From an uncultured Gammaproteobacteria bacterium (GTDB taxonomy: Bacteria > Pseudomonadota > Gammaproteobacteria > CAWCPV01): a stretch of 64,000 bases of DNA. Under the pieces are notes generated by a model. The model was not told the DNA's origin and made no database searches. It worked only from the letters and a program-made list of their open reading frames with translations. The DNA is taken from assembly GCA_963797555.1 (NCBI GenBank), contig CAWCPV010000003.1, positions 928,001 to 992,000 of the forward strand, given 5' to 3'. Of the stretch, positions 41,194 through 51,888 are shown piece after piece. The position numbers and the translations under genes were made by a program. The first letter of the stretch is position 1; each line of letters opens with the position of its first letter.

Positions 41194-42573
41194 CTACTTG
41201 GCGTGGCGAAGTACGCGTTTGCGCTTGCGCACCTGTCGGGGGGTCAGGACGTTCCTGCGTCCCTCGAAGGGGTTGGTGCCGGTCTTGAACTCCAGTTGGA
41301 CCGGCGTGCCCCGCAGACGCAGCTCCCGTCGAAAGACGCCTGCCAGGTACCGGCGATAGGAGTCGGGCAGTGCTGCGGTTTGATTGCCGTGGATTACGAT
41401 GAGGGGAGGATTTTGCCCGCCCTGGTGGGCGTATCGCAGTTTGATCCGCCTGCCGCGCACCGCGGGCGGGGCGTGGTTGGCCACTGCCTCCTGGAGGGTG
41501 CGGGTCAACTCGGGGGTGGACAGCTTGCGCGTAGCCGCGGCGTACGCCTCCTCCACCGAGGTCATCAGATCGCCCACGCCGCTGCCATGCAGTGCCGAGA
41601 TGAAATGGATGCGGGCGAAGTCCACGAAAACCAGTCGCCGCTCCAAGTCGCGACGTACCTGCGTGCGCTGGTCGGGCGCGAGCCCATCCCACTTGTTTAC
41701 GGCCAGCACCAGCGCCTTCCCACGTTGGACGACCCAGCCCAGTAGCGCAGCATCCTGCTCCGCGACCCCCTCTCGGGCATCCAGGACCAGGATCCCCACC
41801 TCGGCGCGCTCCAGCGCCTGCAGGGTCTTGAGTGCACTGAAGCGCTCCGCCGACTCCCGTACCCGGGCGCGTCGGCGCAACCCAGCGGTATCAATGAGCG
41901 TGTAGGGTCGGCCGAAGCGCTCGAACGGGACCTCCACGCTGTCGCGGGTGGTACCGGGCCGGTCGGCCGTGACCATGCGCTCATCGCCCAGCAGACGGTT
42001 CACCAGGGTACTCTTCCCAACGTTGGGGCGCCCGACGATGGCCACTCTGATCCCATGCTCCGGCACGGCCGACGCGACTTCCCCCGGGAGAAGGGCCAGA
42101 ATGCCCTCCATCAGGCTAGCGACACCGTGCCCGTGGGCCGCGGAGATGGGGTGGACGAAACCCAGGCCGAGGGTATAGAACTCGGCAACCGCTGCGACAG
42201 GCTCCAGTCCGTCCACCTTATTGACCGCCAGCGCCATCGGCCGACCGCTGCCGCGCAGGCGCTCGGCGAGATCCTGGTCGGCCGCGGTCAAACCCTCGCG
42301 GGCGTCCACCACCAGCACGATCACCGCAGCTTCCTCGACCGCCCGCCACATCTGCTCGGCCACCGCACCTGCCAGGCCCGCCTCCGGATGCCCCCAGCCC
42401 CCGGTGTCCACGACCCAGTATGCGAAATCGCCCAATCGACCAGCACCGTACTGGCGATCCCTCGTGATACCGGGCAGGTCCGCCACCAGGGCCGCACGCG
42501 ATCGAGTCAGGCGGTTGAAGAGAGTGGACTTGCCGACGTTGGGCCGGCCCACCAGCGCGATCAAGTTATGCAT
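41194..42573 (-). CDS. der: Ribosome biogenesis GTPase Der
   Basis: Two [10 protein letters not shown]-loops, DTGG/DTAG, NKVD/NKWD, KH-like tail. Confidence 0.97.
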   Translation of the reverse strand: MHNLIALVGRPNVGKSTLFNRLTRSRAALVADLPGITRDRQYGAGRLGDFAYWVVDTGGWGHPEAGLAGAVAEQMWRAVEEAAVIVLVVDAREGLTAADQDLAERLRGSGRPMALAVNKVDGLEPVAAVAEFYTLGLGFVHPISAAHGHGVASLMEGILALLPGEVASAVPEHGIRVAIVGRPNVGKSTLVNRLLGDERMVTADRPGTTRDSVEVPFERFGRPYTLIDTAGLRRRARVRESAERFSALKTLQALERAEVGILVLDAREGVAEQDAALLGWVVQRGKALVLAVNKWDGLAPDQRTQVRRDLERRLVFVDFARIHFISALHGSGVGDLMTSVEEAYAAATRKLSTPELTRTLQEAVANHAPPAVRGRRIKLRYAHQGGQNPPLIVIHGNQTAALPDSYRRYLAGVFRRELRLRGTPVQLEFKTGTNPFEGRRNVLTPRQVRKRKRVLRHAK

Positions 42574-42714
42574 GGGGTTTGCGTGTAAGGCTCGCCGATG
42601 GGTAGCGGCGGAGTCCGCGCCTGCGGACATGCAGCCGAGACTGGGGACGTACGCTCCCGCCGAGCACGACCAGCGACTCTGGCGTGAGCCGCTCCCGCCG
42701 CGGACATCACCCGC

Positions 42715-43887
42715 CTAATGGGCTTCCTCGCGTGGACCTACGCGCAGCGCTGCCAGGTCGCCGCTCTGACCGTAAGCATAGGCGACATCGTTCGTGACCA
42801 GCGGGGGGACCAGCACTGCGGCGGAACCGAGACGCCACCTGGCCTGCAGGTGGCCGTCGTCCTGCGAGAGCCAGTGCAGATAACCCTCGAAGTCCCCGAC
42901 CACGAGCGAACTACCTTGCAGCGCCGGCGCGGTCAGCGCTCGCCCGCGCAGGGCGGTCTGCTTCCAGACGGAGGCCCCGGTGAAACGGTCCAATGCCCAT
43001 ACCTCGCTGTGCTCGTCGGTCACGTACACGTGACGGTCGTCCGCAGCCAAGCCGGCATAGGACGAAATGTCTCGTCCCCACACCGGGTTGCCGGTGTCGC
43101 CGTCGAGCGCCGCCACCCGTCCCTGAAAGCTCGCAACGTAAACCATGCCGCGGTAGTCGACGGGATCGGCGTCGATATCCACCATGCGTTCCAGCTCCGA
43201 GCGGCCGCGCGGCAAGCCGATAGCCTGCTCCCAGAGGGGCTTGCCGTCGGGCAAGGAGAGAGCCACGAGCTTGCCGCTCTCCAAGCCGATGATCGCCCGG
43301 CCCTGCACCAGCAGCGGGGCGCTGTTCCCACGCAACGTGAGCACCGGGACGGTGCTCTGATAGACCCACAAGCGGTGACCGTCCAGCGCATCCAGGCCGT
43401 ACACGTGCCCGTCGATGCTCCGGACCACGACGACGCCGTTTCCGGCATGCGGGGTCGCGAGAATCTCGCTGGGGAGGCCCACCCGCCAACGCAGCGCACC
43501 ATCGCCCTGCCCCAGCGCCAGCACCTCCCCTTTGTCGCTGCCCAGCAGCACCAGCCGTTCATCGGCACCTACCCCTGCCGAGACCGGCACGCGGGTCTGC
43601 ATCTCCCAAAGGCGTTTGCCCTTGTCCGCGTCCAGGGCGACCACCAACCCATTGTCGTCGGCCGCAAACAGCCGACTGCCGTCCATCGCCGGTGTGAGCC
43701 GTACGTAAAGCTTTCCGGCCCCGTGCCCGACCCGCGTCGACCACAGGCTCTGCACGCTGAGTTCGGGGTGGATCTCGGTCAGCTTGGCGGGAGGCTCCAG
43801 CGGCTCGTCGCTGCCGAAGTAACCGCGTATCCACGAGCAGCCCCCCAGGCTCGACGCCAGCAGGAAAACCACGGTTGCACGCCTCAT
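42715..43887 (-). CDS. bamB: Outer membrane assembly lipoprotein BamB
   Basis: Lipobox LGGC, PQQ-like propeller repeats, GRSELERMVDID. Confidence 0.94.
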   Translation of the reverse strand: MRRATVVFLLASSLGGCSWIRGYFGSDEPLEPPAKLTEIHPELSVQSLWSTRVGHGAGKLYVRLTPAMDGSRLFAADDNGLVVALDADKGKRLWEMQTRVPVSAGVGADERLVLLGSDKGEVLALGQGDGALRWRVGLPSEILATPHAGNGVVVVRSIDGHVYGLDALDGHRLWVYQSTVPVLTLRGNSAPLLVQGRAIIGLESGKLVALSLPDGKPLWEQAIGLPRGRSELERMVDIDADPVDYRGMVYVASFQGRVAALDGDTGNPVWGRDISSYAGLAADDRHVYVTDEHSEVWALDRFTGASVWKQTALRGRALTAPALQGSSLVVGDFEGYLHWLSQDDGHLQARWRLGSAAVLVPPLVTNDVAYAYGQSGDLAALRVGPREEAH

Positions 43888-44519
43888 GGGCTGGACCCTT
43901 CCGGCACGTCGTCCAGCTTCATCTGGATACGCGATCGGTCCGCGGCATCCGCGGCGGCCAGGGCGGCCCCGTAGGCCGTGCGCGCCTCCTTTCGGTCACC
44001 CAGCGCCATTTCAATGTCCCCCTTGATCTCTTGGCGCCGCGCCGCGAAGGCGGCGGGCACAGGTCGATCCACCAGGGCCAGGGCCTTCTTGCCCTCGCCC
44101 CGCGACAGGAGGACCGCGGCCAAGCGCAACCTCACCACTGGCTCCAGACTCTTGTCGGGAAGGTGCTGCTGCGCCCACTCCAGCCGGGCTTGGGCCGCCG
44201 ACAGGTCTCCTTTATCCAGATCCAGACTCGACAGGGTGAGGGCGCTGAAGAAACCGTACGCCGTGCCGCCGTAATCATGCAGCACCCGCTCACCCAGCTC
44301 CTTGGCCTGCAAGGTTTGGTCGGACGCAGCCGCCGCGGCCATGCGCTCGAAGCCGCTGGATGCCTGGGCCGCCTGCGACTGGCGATAGCCTGCCCACTGC
44401 CTCCAGCCGAAGACGGCCGCGAGCCCGAGAGCAACTCCCACCAGCACGCTCTTGCCGTTGTCCCTGACCCACTGTCTGATCGCCTCAACTTGTTCCTCTT
44501 CCGTCTTCAGGCCTTCCAC
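43884..44519 (-). CDS. yfgM: YfgM family TPR membrane protein
   Basis: TEEEQVEAIRQW..NG, single TM, TPR helices; hisS-yfgM-bamB-der synteny. Confidence 0.92.
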   Translation of the reverse strand: MEGLKTEEEQVEAIRQWVRDNGKSVLVGVALGLAAVFGWRQWAGYRQSQAAQASSGFERMAAAAASDQTLQAKELGERVLHDYGGTAYGFFSALTLSSLDLDKGDLSAAQARLEWAQQHLPDKSLEPVVRLRLAAVLLSRGEGKKALALVDRPVPAAFAARRQEIKGDIEMALGDRKEARTAYGAALAAADAADRSRIQMKLDDVPEGSSP

Positions 44520-45874
44520 TACCGGCTCCTCTCCTCAGTCGCACCCACCTCTCGTTGGAACACGCACAAGCGGCCGGTCGGCCCGGCACCACCCGTCAGA
44601 CCGGCCGCCGCCGCGACATATTCCGCCAGCCGCTCCTGGGCGACCCGCTCCTGTGGTCGCCCCGTACGCAGGAACTTGATACCCACGTCGCCGCGGCTCA
44701 CCTCGTCCTCGCCGAGGACGAGGGCCAGCGTGGCTCCACTGCGGTCGGCCCGCTTCATCTGAGCCTTCACGCTGCCACCCGAACAGTCCACCGTCAGCCG
44801 CACGGCCGGGATTTCATCGCGCAGTCGCTCCGCCAGCGCCAATCCAGCATGCCGCGCCTGCTCGTCCATCAGCACCAAGTAGCAGTGCGGATCCCGCGTT
44901 TGGCAGAGATGCGGCGATGCCATGCGCATCAGAGTGACGACCCGCTCCAACCCAATGGCCAAACCGACGGCCGGAGTGGCGGGGCCGCCCATCTGCTCGA
45001 TCAGACCGTCGTACCGGCCTCCGGCGCACACCGTGCCCTGCGCGCCGAGACGGTCGCTGACCCACTCGAACACCGTGCGCGTGTAGTAGTCGAGCCCGCG
45101 CACCAGACGGAAGTTGATCTCGTAGCGCACCTTCCCACCATCCAAGAGTCGCCGCAGACCCTCGAAGTGCGCCTGTGATTCTGGGTCCAGGTGGTCCCAC
45201 AAGCGCGGGGCACCCTCGATCACCTCCTGCATGGCCGGATTCTTGCTGTCGAGGACGCGCAACGGGTTGCTCTGCAGGCGGCGGCGGCTGTCCTCGTCCA
45301 GGGCATCGAAATGACCGGACAGATAATGGACGAGCTGCCGACGGTAGGCGGCGCGCGCCGGTGGTGAGCCGAGGGAGTTGATCTGCAGCACCAAGTCCGC
45401 GAGTCCGAGATCGCACCACGCGCGTGCCGTCATGAGGACCAGCTCGGCGTCGATTTCTGGACCCGCCATGCCCAAGGCCTCCACCCCCACCTGGCGGAAC
45501 TGCCGGTAGCGGCCCTGTTGGGGACGCTCGTGCCGGAACATCGGTCCACCGTACCAGAGCCGCTGAATCGGCTGATGATGGAGCAGGCCGTGCTCGAGCA
45601 CCGCACGCACGCACCCGGCAGTGCCCTCGGGGCGAAGCGTCAGGCTGTCGCCGTTGCGATCGGCGAAGGTGTACATTTCTTTCTCGACAATGTCCGTGGC
45701 CTCGCCGATCGAGCGGACGAACAGCTCCGTCCGTTCCAGCAACGGCAGCCGAATTTCCTGGTAACCGTAGCGCGCGAGCAGCGCACCGAGCACCCGCTCC
45801 AACGTTTGCCAGCACGGAGCCTCCTCGGGAAGGATGTCACTCATGCCGCGAACGGCTTGTATGCTGTAGGCCAT
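44519..45874 (-). CDS. hisS: Histidine--tRNA ligase
   Basis: [36 protein letters not shown]. Confidence 0.97.
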   Translation of the reverse strand: MAYSIQAVRGMSDILPEEAPCWQTLERVLGALLARYGYQEIRLPLLERTELFVRSIGEATDIVEKEMYTFADRNGDSLTLRPEGTAGCVRAVLEHGLLHHQPIQRLWYGGPMFRHERPQQGRYRQFRQVGVEALGMAGPEIDAELVLMTARAWCDLGLADLVLQINSLGSPPARAAYRRQLVHYLSGHFDALDEDSRRRLQSNPLRVLDSKNPAMQEVIEGAPRLWDHLDPESQAHFEGLRRLLDGGKVRYEINFRLVRGLDYYTRTVFEWVSDRLGAQGTVCAGGRYDGLIEQMGGPATPAVGLAIGLERVVTLMRMASPHLCQTRDPHCYLVLMDEQARHAGLALAERLRDEIPAVRLTVDCSGGSVKAQMKRADRSGATLALVLGEDEVSRGDVGIKFLRTGRPQERVAQERLAEYVAAAAGLTGGAGPTGRLCVFQREVGATEERSR

Positions 45875-46067
45875 AGCCGGCTAGCATAAGAGATTGGCCA
45901 GATGGGGCACAAGGCAAGGCCGTGACGAGCGCTCACTCCATACCGTCCCGGCGAGCCAGGCAGCCCTCGATAGGACAGCGTGGTTGCTGGAGCGTTTCAC
46001 GGGGGTCGCCGCCGCCCAACTCTGCGCCGGGTCACTGCCGTCAGGCACTCACGCATCTGGTCGCGCC

Positions 46068-46544
46068 GTGGTCCCCATAGTCATTTCCGGAGGACAGACA
46101 GGTGTGGACCGTGCGGCCTTGGATGCGGCGTTGCAGCGCCGCACACCGTGCGGAGGCTGGTGTCCGCGGGGCCGCCGCGCAGAGGACGGCCCGATACCCG
46201 GGCGTTACCCGCTGAAAGAGACCCCTTCCACCGACTACGCGCAACGCACATGGTGGAATGTGCGCGATGCCGATGCGACGCTCGTCCTCTACCACGGCCG
46301 CGTCGCGGGCGGCACCGCCCTCACCGCGCGCTTCGCTCGCACAATCGGCAGGCCCCTCAAGCTGGCGGACCTGTCGCGCAGCCCGTCCGTCGAAAGAACG
46401 GCCGCTTGGATGGCTGGGCATCGCATCCGCAGCCTCAACGTCGCCGGGCCGAGGGAGAGTCAGTGCCCCGGCATCTATCTAAGCACGCGGAACTTCCTGG
46501 AAGAACTACTCTCCCTGCTCGCCTCCGACAACTTCCGTGCCTGA
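46068..46544 (+). CDS. Putative molybdenum carrier (SLOG-family) protein
   Basis: ISGGQTGVDRAALD, GGWCPRGR.AEDG, RT.WNVRDAD, LNVAGPRES. Confidence 0.88.
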   Translation: MVPIVISGGQTGVDRAALDAALQRRTPCGGWCPRGRRAEDGPIPGRYPLKETPSTDYAQRTWWNVRDADATLVLYHGRVAGGTALTARFARTIGRPLKLADLSRSPSVERTAAWMAGHRIRSLNVAGPRESQCPGIYLSTRNFLEELLSLLASDNFRA

Positions 46545-46798
46545 CTTAGAGCAGGCGCCGGCGCCATCGCTGGCCACCCAGGCAGGACCTGAGCCGGCGT
46601 GAGTCGAGGTGCATATAGCCCGCCGTCTCGCCGCGAGCCACGGAAGCCCTCGGACACCTGCTGCTCCCACTGGGTCGCAGCCTGCGCCAGGGATTCTGCA
46701 AGGGCAGCAGGCGTTCGATCCGACTCACTGCGCCTGCGACCACGCTCCCGGCCCGGTGCAGCGTCAGGGAGCGGCGCCGGTCGCGCGCCGAAGGCGCA

Positions 46799-47986
46799 TC
46801 AGAGCCGCGCCTCTACAATCTCCAGGATCTCTTCGTCGTGGAGGACGATGGGGTTGGTCTTCATGCTGCTGCCCCGGCTGTTGGCGACGACCTCGTCGAG
46901 ATCGGCCCGATGCACGCCATAGACGCCCAGGCGCGGCAACCGCAAGCGCTCGGTCCATTCCGACAGGATGCGCCCCAGCGCCTCCCAGGCATCCTCCCGG
47001 CGCTCATGCTCACGCCCAGCGAGGAGGTCAGCCAACTGGGCGTATTTCGCCAGCGCCGGGTTCTCCGCCTCTCGGTCTCGCATCGCGCGGATGTTGATCG
47101 TGGTCGCCCCAGCCACGAGGGTCCCGCACACCACACCGTGGGGGATGGGAAAGAAGGCCCCCAAGGGGGAGGCCAGGCCGTGCACCGACCCGAGCCCGGT
47201 CTGGGCCAGGGCGATGCCCGAGATGAGAGCGGCGTAGGCCATCCTTTCGCGCCCCTCCGCCGCGCCATCGCTTCCCCCGAACCAGGCCAGCAAGCCGTCG
47301 CGCGCCGCCGCCAGGCCGCTCAGGGCGAGGGCGTCCGTCAAGGGATTCGCCTTGATGGACACAAAGGCCTCGATGAGCTGGGTCAGCGCATCCATGCCGT
47401 TGGCCGCGATCAACTCGGACGGGCACGTGGCGAGGAGTTGCGGGTCCACGACGGCGTACTGGGGCACCAGGAGGTCGTGACGGAAAGACTTCTTGAACCC
47501 GTTCCTGCCGGGACGGCTCAGCACGGCGTTCTTGGTCGCCTCGCTGCCGGTCCCTGCGGTAGTGGGCACGGCGATGTAAGGCAGCGCAGGTCCCTCGTAA
47601 GCCAGTTGCGGTCCCACGCCCTCCAGGTAATCCAGGACCGACCTGCCGGTCGGGAGCAGCCCGGCGATGGCCTTGGCGGCATCGAGCACACTGCCGCCGC
47701 CGATCCCCAGCACGACCTCGAGCCCGGCACCGGTAAAGGCGCGTACCGTGTCGTCCACCAGTGCGGGTGAAGGCTCCCCACGCACCTTCGCATGCTCCCG
47801 GTGGAGGCCTCGTCTCTCCAAGCCGTCAATCAGCTCGCTCCAGGCCGGGGATTCCGGAAACGACCGTTCGCCCGTCACCACGAGCACCCGACGCCCGAAA
47901 CCCTCCACCAGGCTCGGCAGCTTGGCGCAGCAGCCCGTGCCGAACTCGATGCGGGGAAGCCGCGCGATGGAGAATGGCCGGAGCAT
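46799..47986 (-). CDS. Iron-containing alcohol dehydrogenase
   Basis: GGGSVLDAAKA, PTTAGTGSEAT, DALTQLIE, HGLA..HG metal ligands. Confidence 0.92.
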   Translation of the reverse strand: MLRPFSIARLPRIEFGTGCCAKLPSLVEGFGRRVLVVTGERSFPESPAWSELIDGLERRGLHREHAKVRGEPSPALVDDTVRAFTGAGLEVVLGIGGGSVLDAAKAIAGLLPTGRSVLDYLEGVGPQLAYEGPALPYIAVPTTAGTGSEATKNAVLSRPGRNGFKKSFRHDLLVPQYAVVDPQLLATCPSELIAANGMDALTQLIEAFVSIKANPLTDALALSGLAAARDGLLAWFGGSDGAAEGRERMAYAALISGIALAQTGLGSVHGLASPLGAFFPIPHGVVCGTLVAGATTINIRAMRDREAENPALAKYAQLADLLAGREHERREDAWEALGRILSEWTERLRLPRLGVYGVHRADLDEVVANSRGSSMKTNPIVLHDEEILEIVEARL

Positions 47987-48291
47987 CACTGCTGCCCCAC
48001 CTCCATGATCAAGCCCCGATAAACAACGCCTTGGCGCGGCTCGGCCATCCAGTCGGCCACCGCCGCCCGCCATTTCAAGTAGTGGGCCGTCTCTTTGTGG
48101 CGCGCCGCTTCGGCGGGGGTCGCGTAGGCCTCGCAAAGGACGAACCGCGTCGGGTCGGCTTCCGATTGAAGGACGTTGAAACGCAGGTTGCCGGGCTCCC
48201 GGATAGAGGCCCCCTGGTTCTCCCGGGTGGCCGCGATGAACTCTGCGATGTGATCCGGCTTCACATGCACGTGTACCAGGGTGACATGCAT
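47986..48291 (-). CDS. Antibiotic biosynthesis monooxygenase / LsrG-like protein
   Basis: EPGNLRFNVLQ, F.L.EAY, HKETAHY..WR. Confidence 0.88.
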   Translation of the reverse strand: MHVTLVHVHVKPDHIAEFIAATRENQGASIREPGNLRFNVLQSEADPTRFVLCEAYATPAEAARHKETAHYLKWRAAVADWMAEPRQGVVYRGLIMEVGQQ

Positions 48292-48585
48292 GGTGGTCGC
48301 TCCTCTGTCCTCAAGTGTCTTCGGTTTCGTCGTCAGCTCGACGCGGCCGCGGACAGGGTGCCGTCCGCAGCGCTCCGCCGCCCACCGTCGGCTTGCCCAG
48401 CCCTGCCTGGGCCATTGTGGCACAGACAGCCGCACCGAACGAAGCGGGCACCACAGTCGTCCTGCCAAACGCATGCCTGGCCGGGTATGTTAGACTGCCT
48501 TGCGGTCTCTGGCGCTTACGCTGCGACCGTGGAGGGTCGCCTACCCGTCAACCGGCCCCACAGCATCTGAGCATCGAATCCTTCC

Positions 48586-50331
48586 ATGTATCTGCAACAT
48601 TTCGGGTTGCGGGAAGTTCCATTCGCGATCACCCCCGACCCACGCTACCTCTACCTCAGCGAGCGTCACCGCGAGGCCCTCGCCCACTTGCTCTATGGAA
48701 TCGGTGAAGGGGGAGGCTTCGTACAACTTACCGGTGAGGTAGGAACCGGCAAGACCACGCTGTGCCGCTGTCTTTTGGACCAGCTCCCATCCAACGTGGA
48801 CGTGGCGCTGATTCTGAACCCCCGGGTCACGCCCCACGAGCTGGTTGCCAGCGTCTGCGACGAGCTGCGCGTCGGATATCCCGCCGGCACCGCCAGCCTC
48901 AAGGTGCTGGTGGACGCCCTCAACCAGCACCTGCTGGAGGCCCACGCCCGAGGGCGCCGCACCGTAGTCATCATCGACGAGGCCCAGAACTTGGATCGCG
49001 ACGTGTTGGAACAGGTGCGCCTGCTGACCAACCTTGAAACCCCCCGCGACAAGCTGCTGCAGATTATCCTCATCGGCCAACCGGAGCTTCTCAAGCTCCT
49101 GGATCGACCAGAGCTTCGTCAGCTCGCGCAGCGCGTGACGGCCCGTTACCACCTGGCGCCGCTGTCCCGCCATGAGACCAGTGCCTATATCCGCCACCGC
49201 CTGGCGGTGAGCGGTGCGCATGAGGATGTATTCACGGGGGCGGCGGCGCGCCGGATCTACGCCCTCTCCGGCGGCATCCCGCGGCTGGTCAACGTCATCT
49301 GTGACCGGGCTCTGCTGGGTGCCTACGCTCTGAACGAGCACCAGGTGGACGCTGCAACGGTCCGCAAGGCAGCCGCTGAAGCGTTGGGTCGGCGCCTTCG
49401 GCCTTGGTACCTGTCCCCGTGGGTCTGGGCCTCTGGTCTCACTGTGGCCGTCGCGGCGGTATGGCCCGTGCTGCCCGTGGACAGGCTGCTCGGGCCGCAT
49501 GCATCTGGGCCCGCAGGCGGCGAGAAAGCCGCGCTTGCGGCATCCTCATCGCCCGCGTCGTCGTCGGACCAGAGGACCCGAGCGCCGCCGTCCCAACCAG
49601 CGCCGACACCGACCGTCGCGGCGCTCCACCCGTCCGAGCCGACGCCCGCGTCCGCCGCGGATCCCCTGGCGGCGCTCCTTTCGGACCAGCCGGCCGCGAC
49701 CGATCGGGCCTCCGCCTTCGACGCGCTGTTCGCCCAGTGGGGACTGAGCTACGCCGCGATCCCCGGCGACAGCGCCTGCGAGCGAGCACGCAGCCAGGGG
49801 CTGCAGTGCTCGTTCCGCTCCGGGGATTGGGACAGCTTGCGCAAGCTCAATCGGCCGGCCGTCATCGAGCTGGTGGCCCCCGACGGCGACGAACGCTATG
49901 CAGCCGCCACCCGACTGGAAGGGGATCGGGTCACGTTGCACATCGCGGGCCAAGAGGACGCGCTGCCGATCAGTGAGCTGAGCCCCTATTGGTCGGGCCA
50001 GTTCATCATCCTCTGGAGGCCCCCGGCCATCGGCACGCAGATCATCTCCCACGGCACTCGCGGCCGGGCCGTGCGGTGGCTTCGCGATCGGCTTCGGCGC
50101 ATCGACGGCCGACCGCTCCCTGCGGCGGATCCGGACAGCTATGACGCAGGGCTTCAGGCGCGCGTCGTCGCGTTCCAGCGCCAGCGGGGACTGACCCCCG
50201 ATGGCATCGTGGGAGAACAGACCCTGATAGAGATCACCAACGCAGCGGGAGACCCGGCCCGTCCGCTACTGTCGCCGCCTGACCGCGGAGGAGTGCATGT
50301 CCTACATCCTGGAGGCGCTGAAGAAGGCTGA
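48586..50331 (+). CDS. exeA: ExeA/GspA AAA ATPase with peptidoglycan-binding domain
   Basis: MYLQHFGL..PF.ITPDP, GEVGTGKT, IIDEAQ, FQRQRGLTPDGIVG. Confidence 0.93.
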   Translation: MYLQHFGLREVPFAITPDPRYLYLSERHREALAHLLYGIGEGGGFVQLTGEVGTGKTTLCRCLLDQLPSNVDVALILNPRVTPHELVASVCDELRVGYPAGTASLKVLVDALNQHLLEAHARGRRTVVIIDEAQNLDRDVLEQVRLLTNLETPRDKLLQIILIGQPELLKLLDRPELRQLAQRVTARYHLAPLSRHETSAYIRHRLAVSGAHEDVFTGAAARRIYALSGGIPRLVNVICDRALLGAYALNEHQVDAATVRKAAAEALGRRLRPWYLSPWVWASGLTVAVAAVWPVLPVDRLLGPHASGPAGGEKAALAASSSPASSSDQRTRAPPSQPAPTPTVAALHPSEPTPASAADPLAALLSDQPAATDRASAFDALFAQWGLSYAAIPGDSACERARSQGLQCSFRSGDWDSLRKLNRPAVIELVAPDGDERYAAATRLEGDRVTLHIAGQEDALPISELSPYWSGQFIILWRPPAIGTQIISHGTRGRAVRWLRDRLRRIDGRPLPAADPDSYDAGLQARVVAFQRQRGLTPDGIVGEQTLIEITNAAGDPARPLLSPPDRGGVHVLHPGGAEEG

Positions 50332-51115
50332 GCGGGAGCGGCAGCAGGGCCGCCCGCCCGGGCCCATGACTGTCCAAGAACCCGGCGCAGCGCCGCACCA
50401 TCCGCGTTGGGTGTGGCTGCTCACCGCAGCCCTCCTGGCCAACGCGTTACTGTTGGGGCTGTTCTGGCGCCGCCAGATCCCGGACCGGGCGTCGGCAGCC
50501 CCGACGCCGGTGGTTCAAGCCGTAGCGCCGGCCGCACACGCCGTGCGCCCGACTCAGGCGCCGCCAGCCGCCCCGCCGGCATCCGCAGCGGCGCGCGCGC
50601 CGGTGGACGAGAAAAAGCCGGAAGGAATCGGGCACCGCGCGCCCGCGACCTCCGACCGGCCAGAGCCGGCGCAAGCAGTTCTCCCGGAGCCGGAGGCAGC
50701 CGATGCTTCGGACACTCCGGAGCCGGCGGAAGAGCGAGAGCCTACCGCGCCGCCCCAAGCCCCGGCATTCGTGCCGCCTCCGCCCCCCGCACCGGCTCCC
50801 AAAGCCCCGTTCCCCGCCCCGCCTCCCAAACAGGCCGCCGCCGCGCCCCAAGTCGTGCGCGCGCCTCCGGCAGCGGCCCCGCTGCTCACCGCACCGCTCA
50901 TGGAGCAACTCCCCGAGGCCGTGCGTCAGTCGCTGCCCGCCATCCGAGTCGACGCCCTTCTCTATGCCGAGCGCCCCGCGGAGCGGATGGTGTTCATCGA
51001 TGGCCGGCGCTACCGAGAGGGAGACACCGTCTCCGAGGGGCTGCGCATCGAGGAGATCAGACGCGACGGGGTCATCCTCAGCTATAAGGGTGAGCGCTTC
51101 ATGGTGCATTCCTGA
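50297..51115 (+). CDS. exeB: ExeB/GspB
   Basis: MSYILEALKKAERER, TM, Pro/Ala linker, C-terminal RMVFIDG..YREGD domain. Confidence 0.9.
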   Translation: MSYILEALKKAERERQQGRPPGPMTVQEPGAAPHHPRWVWLLTAALLANALLLGLFWRRQIPDRASAAPTPVVQAVAPAAHAVRPTQAPPAAPPASAAARAPVDEKKPEGIGHRAPATSDRPEPAQAVLPEPEAADASDTPEPAEEREPTAPPQAPAFVPPPPPAPAPKAPFPAPPPKQAAAAPQVVRAPPAAAPLLTAPLMEQLPEAVRQSLPAIRVDALLYAERPAERMVFIDGRRYREGDTVSEGLRIEEIRRDGVILSYKGERFMVHS

Positions 51116-51117
51116 AC
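50495..51117. repeat. Left copy of the ~620 bp direct repeat (exeB 3' part); right copy 59429-60058
   Basis: Both copies run from GCAGCCCCGACGCCGG to GTGCATTCCTGAAC, with scattered substitutions, a 6-bp and a 1-bp indel. Confidence 0.95.
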
Positions 51118-51193
51118 AATGGCAAGGCTCGTCGTCCTGCCTAACGCGGATCAGGCACTACTGCGACAGGTCCCGTGTATGGCGATAGCCCTC

Positions 51194-51883
51194 TCAATCC
51201 GCCTTGCCTCGCCCGAACAGCTTGTCCAACACCAAATGCGTCGGCAGGTAAAACACCACCGGAAACAGTAGCATCAACATCCCAAGCCATACCTGCGGGT
51301 GCACCCATTTCTGCGGCCCAGCGTCGCTCGGCCCGTAGACATAATTGATATTCACCGCTGCGCTCGGGTTGCTGACCGGTGCCGGCGGCGCTGGCAGCAA
51401 AAGGTAGCAGATCAGCAGCACGGCCCACCCACACAGCACTTGCAGCGCAAACGCCTTTCGTTCATAGCGGAGCTTCCAGATCAGCCATACGAGCAGGATC
51501 GGCAGCCAGATGTGAAATGTCGAGAGTCCGCGCACGAACAGCGGGATACTCGAATCGAACATGTACGCCGTCATGCCTAGCGGCGATTTGTGCAGAATAG
51601 CCATGGAGAGGTAGTCCGCCATCCATACCGCTTGGGGCGGCAGTATGGAGACCCCCTGCATGCTCGCCAGCAATCCACTCTCGAACCACAGCGCCAGGAG
51701 CGTCGCCAGCAAAGCGATATCGCAGAAGTAAAGGAAGTTGGCCGGTCCGTAGTTGACCCAGTAGTAGGGAACGACGACCGCCACAAAGAGCGTGTAAAGA
51801 ACCTTCACAGCCGGCGGGATCTGGCTGCCGGCGCGAACGGTCGTAGCATCATCACGCATCGTCATCTTAATTTCGGGCGTCAT
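51194..51883 (-). CDS. Multi-pass membrane protein (possibly YwaF/TMEM164-like), separated from its RBS by ISL3
   Basis: ~6 TM segments, YFCDIAL, STFHIWLP, NINYVYG; ATG lies in the IS target duplication. Confidence 0.75.
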   Translation of the reverse strand: MTPEIKMTMRDDATTVRAGSQIPPAVKVLYTLFVAVVVPYYWVNYGPANFLYFCDIALLATLLALWFESGLLASMQGVSILPPQAVWMADYLSMAILHKSPLGMTAYMFDSSIPLFVRGLSTFHIWLPILLVWLIWKLRYERKAFALQVLCGWAVLLICYLLLPAPPAPVSNPSAAVNINYVYGPSDAGPQKWVHPQVWLGMLMLLFPVVFYLPTHLVLDKLFGRGKAD

Positions 51884-51888
51884 CTCGA

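Noticed and set aside
51139-51191. attC-like end (GTTAGGC on -) downstream of the island membrane gene
   Set aside because: Matching R'' would be GGCTATC rather than RYYYAAC and the arms pair poorly
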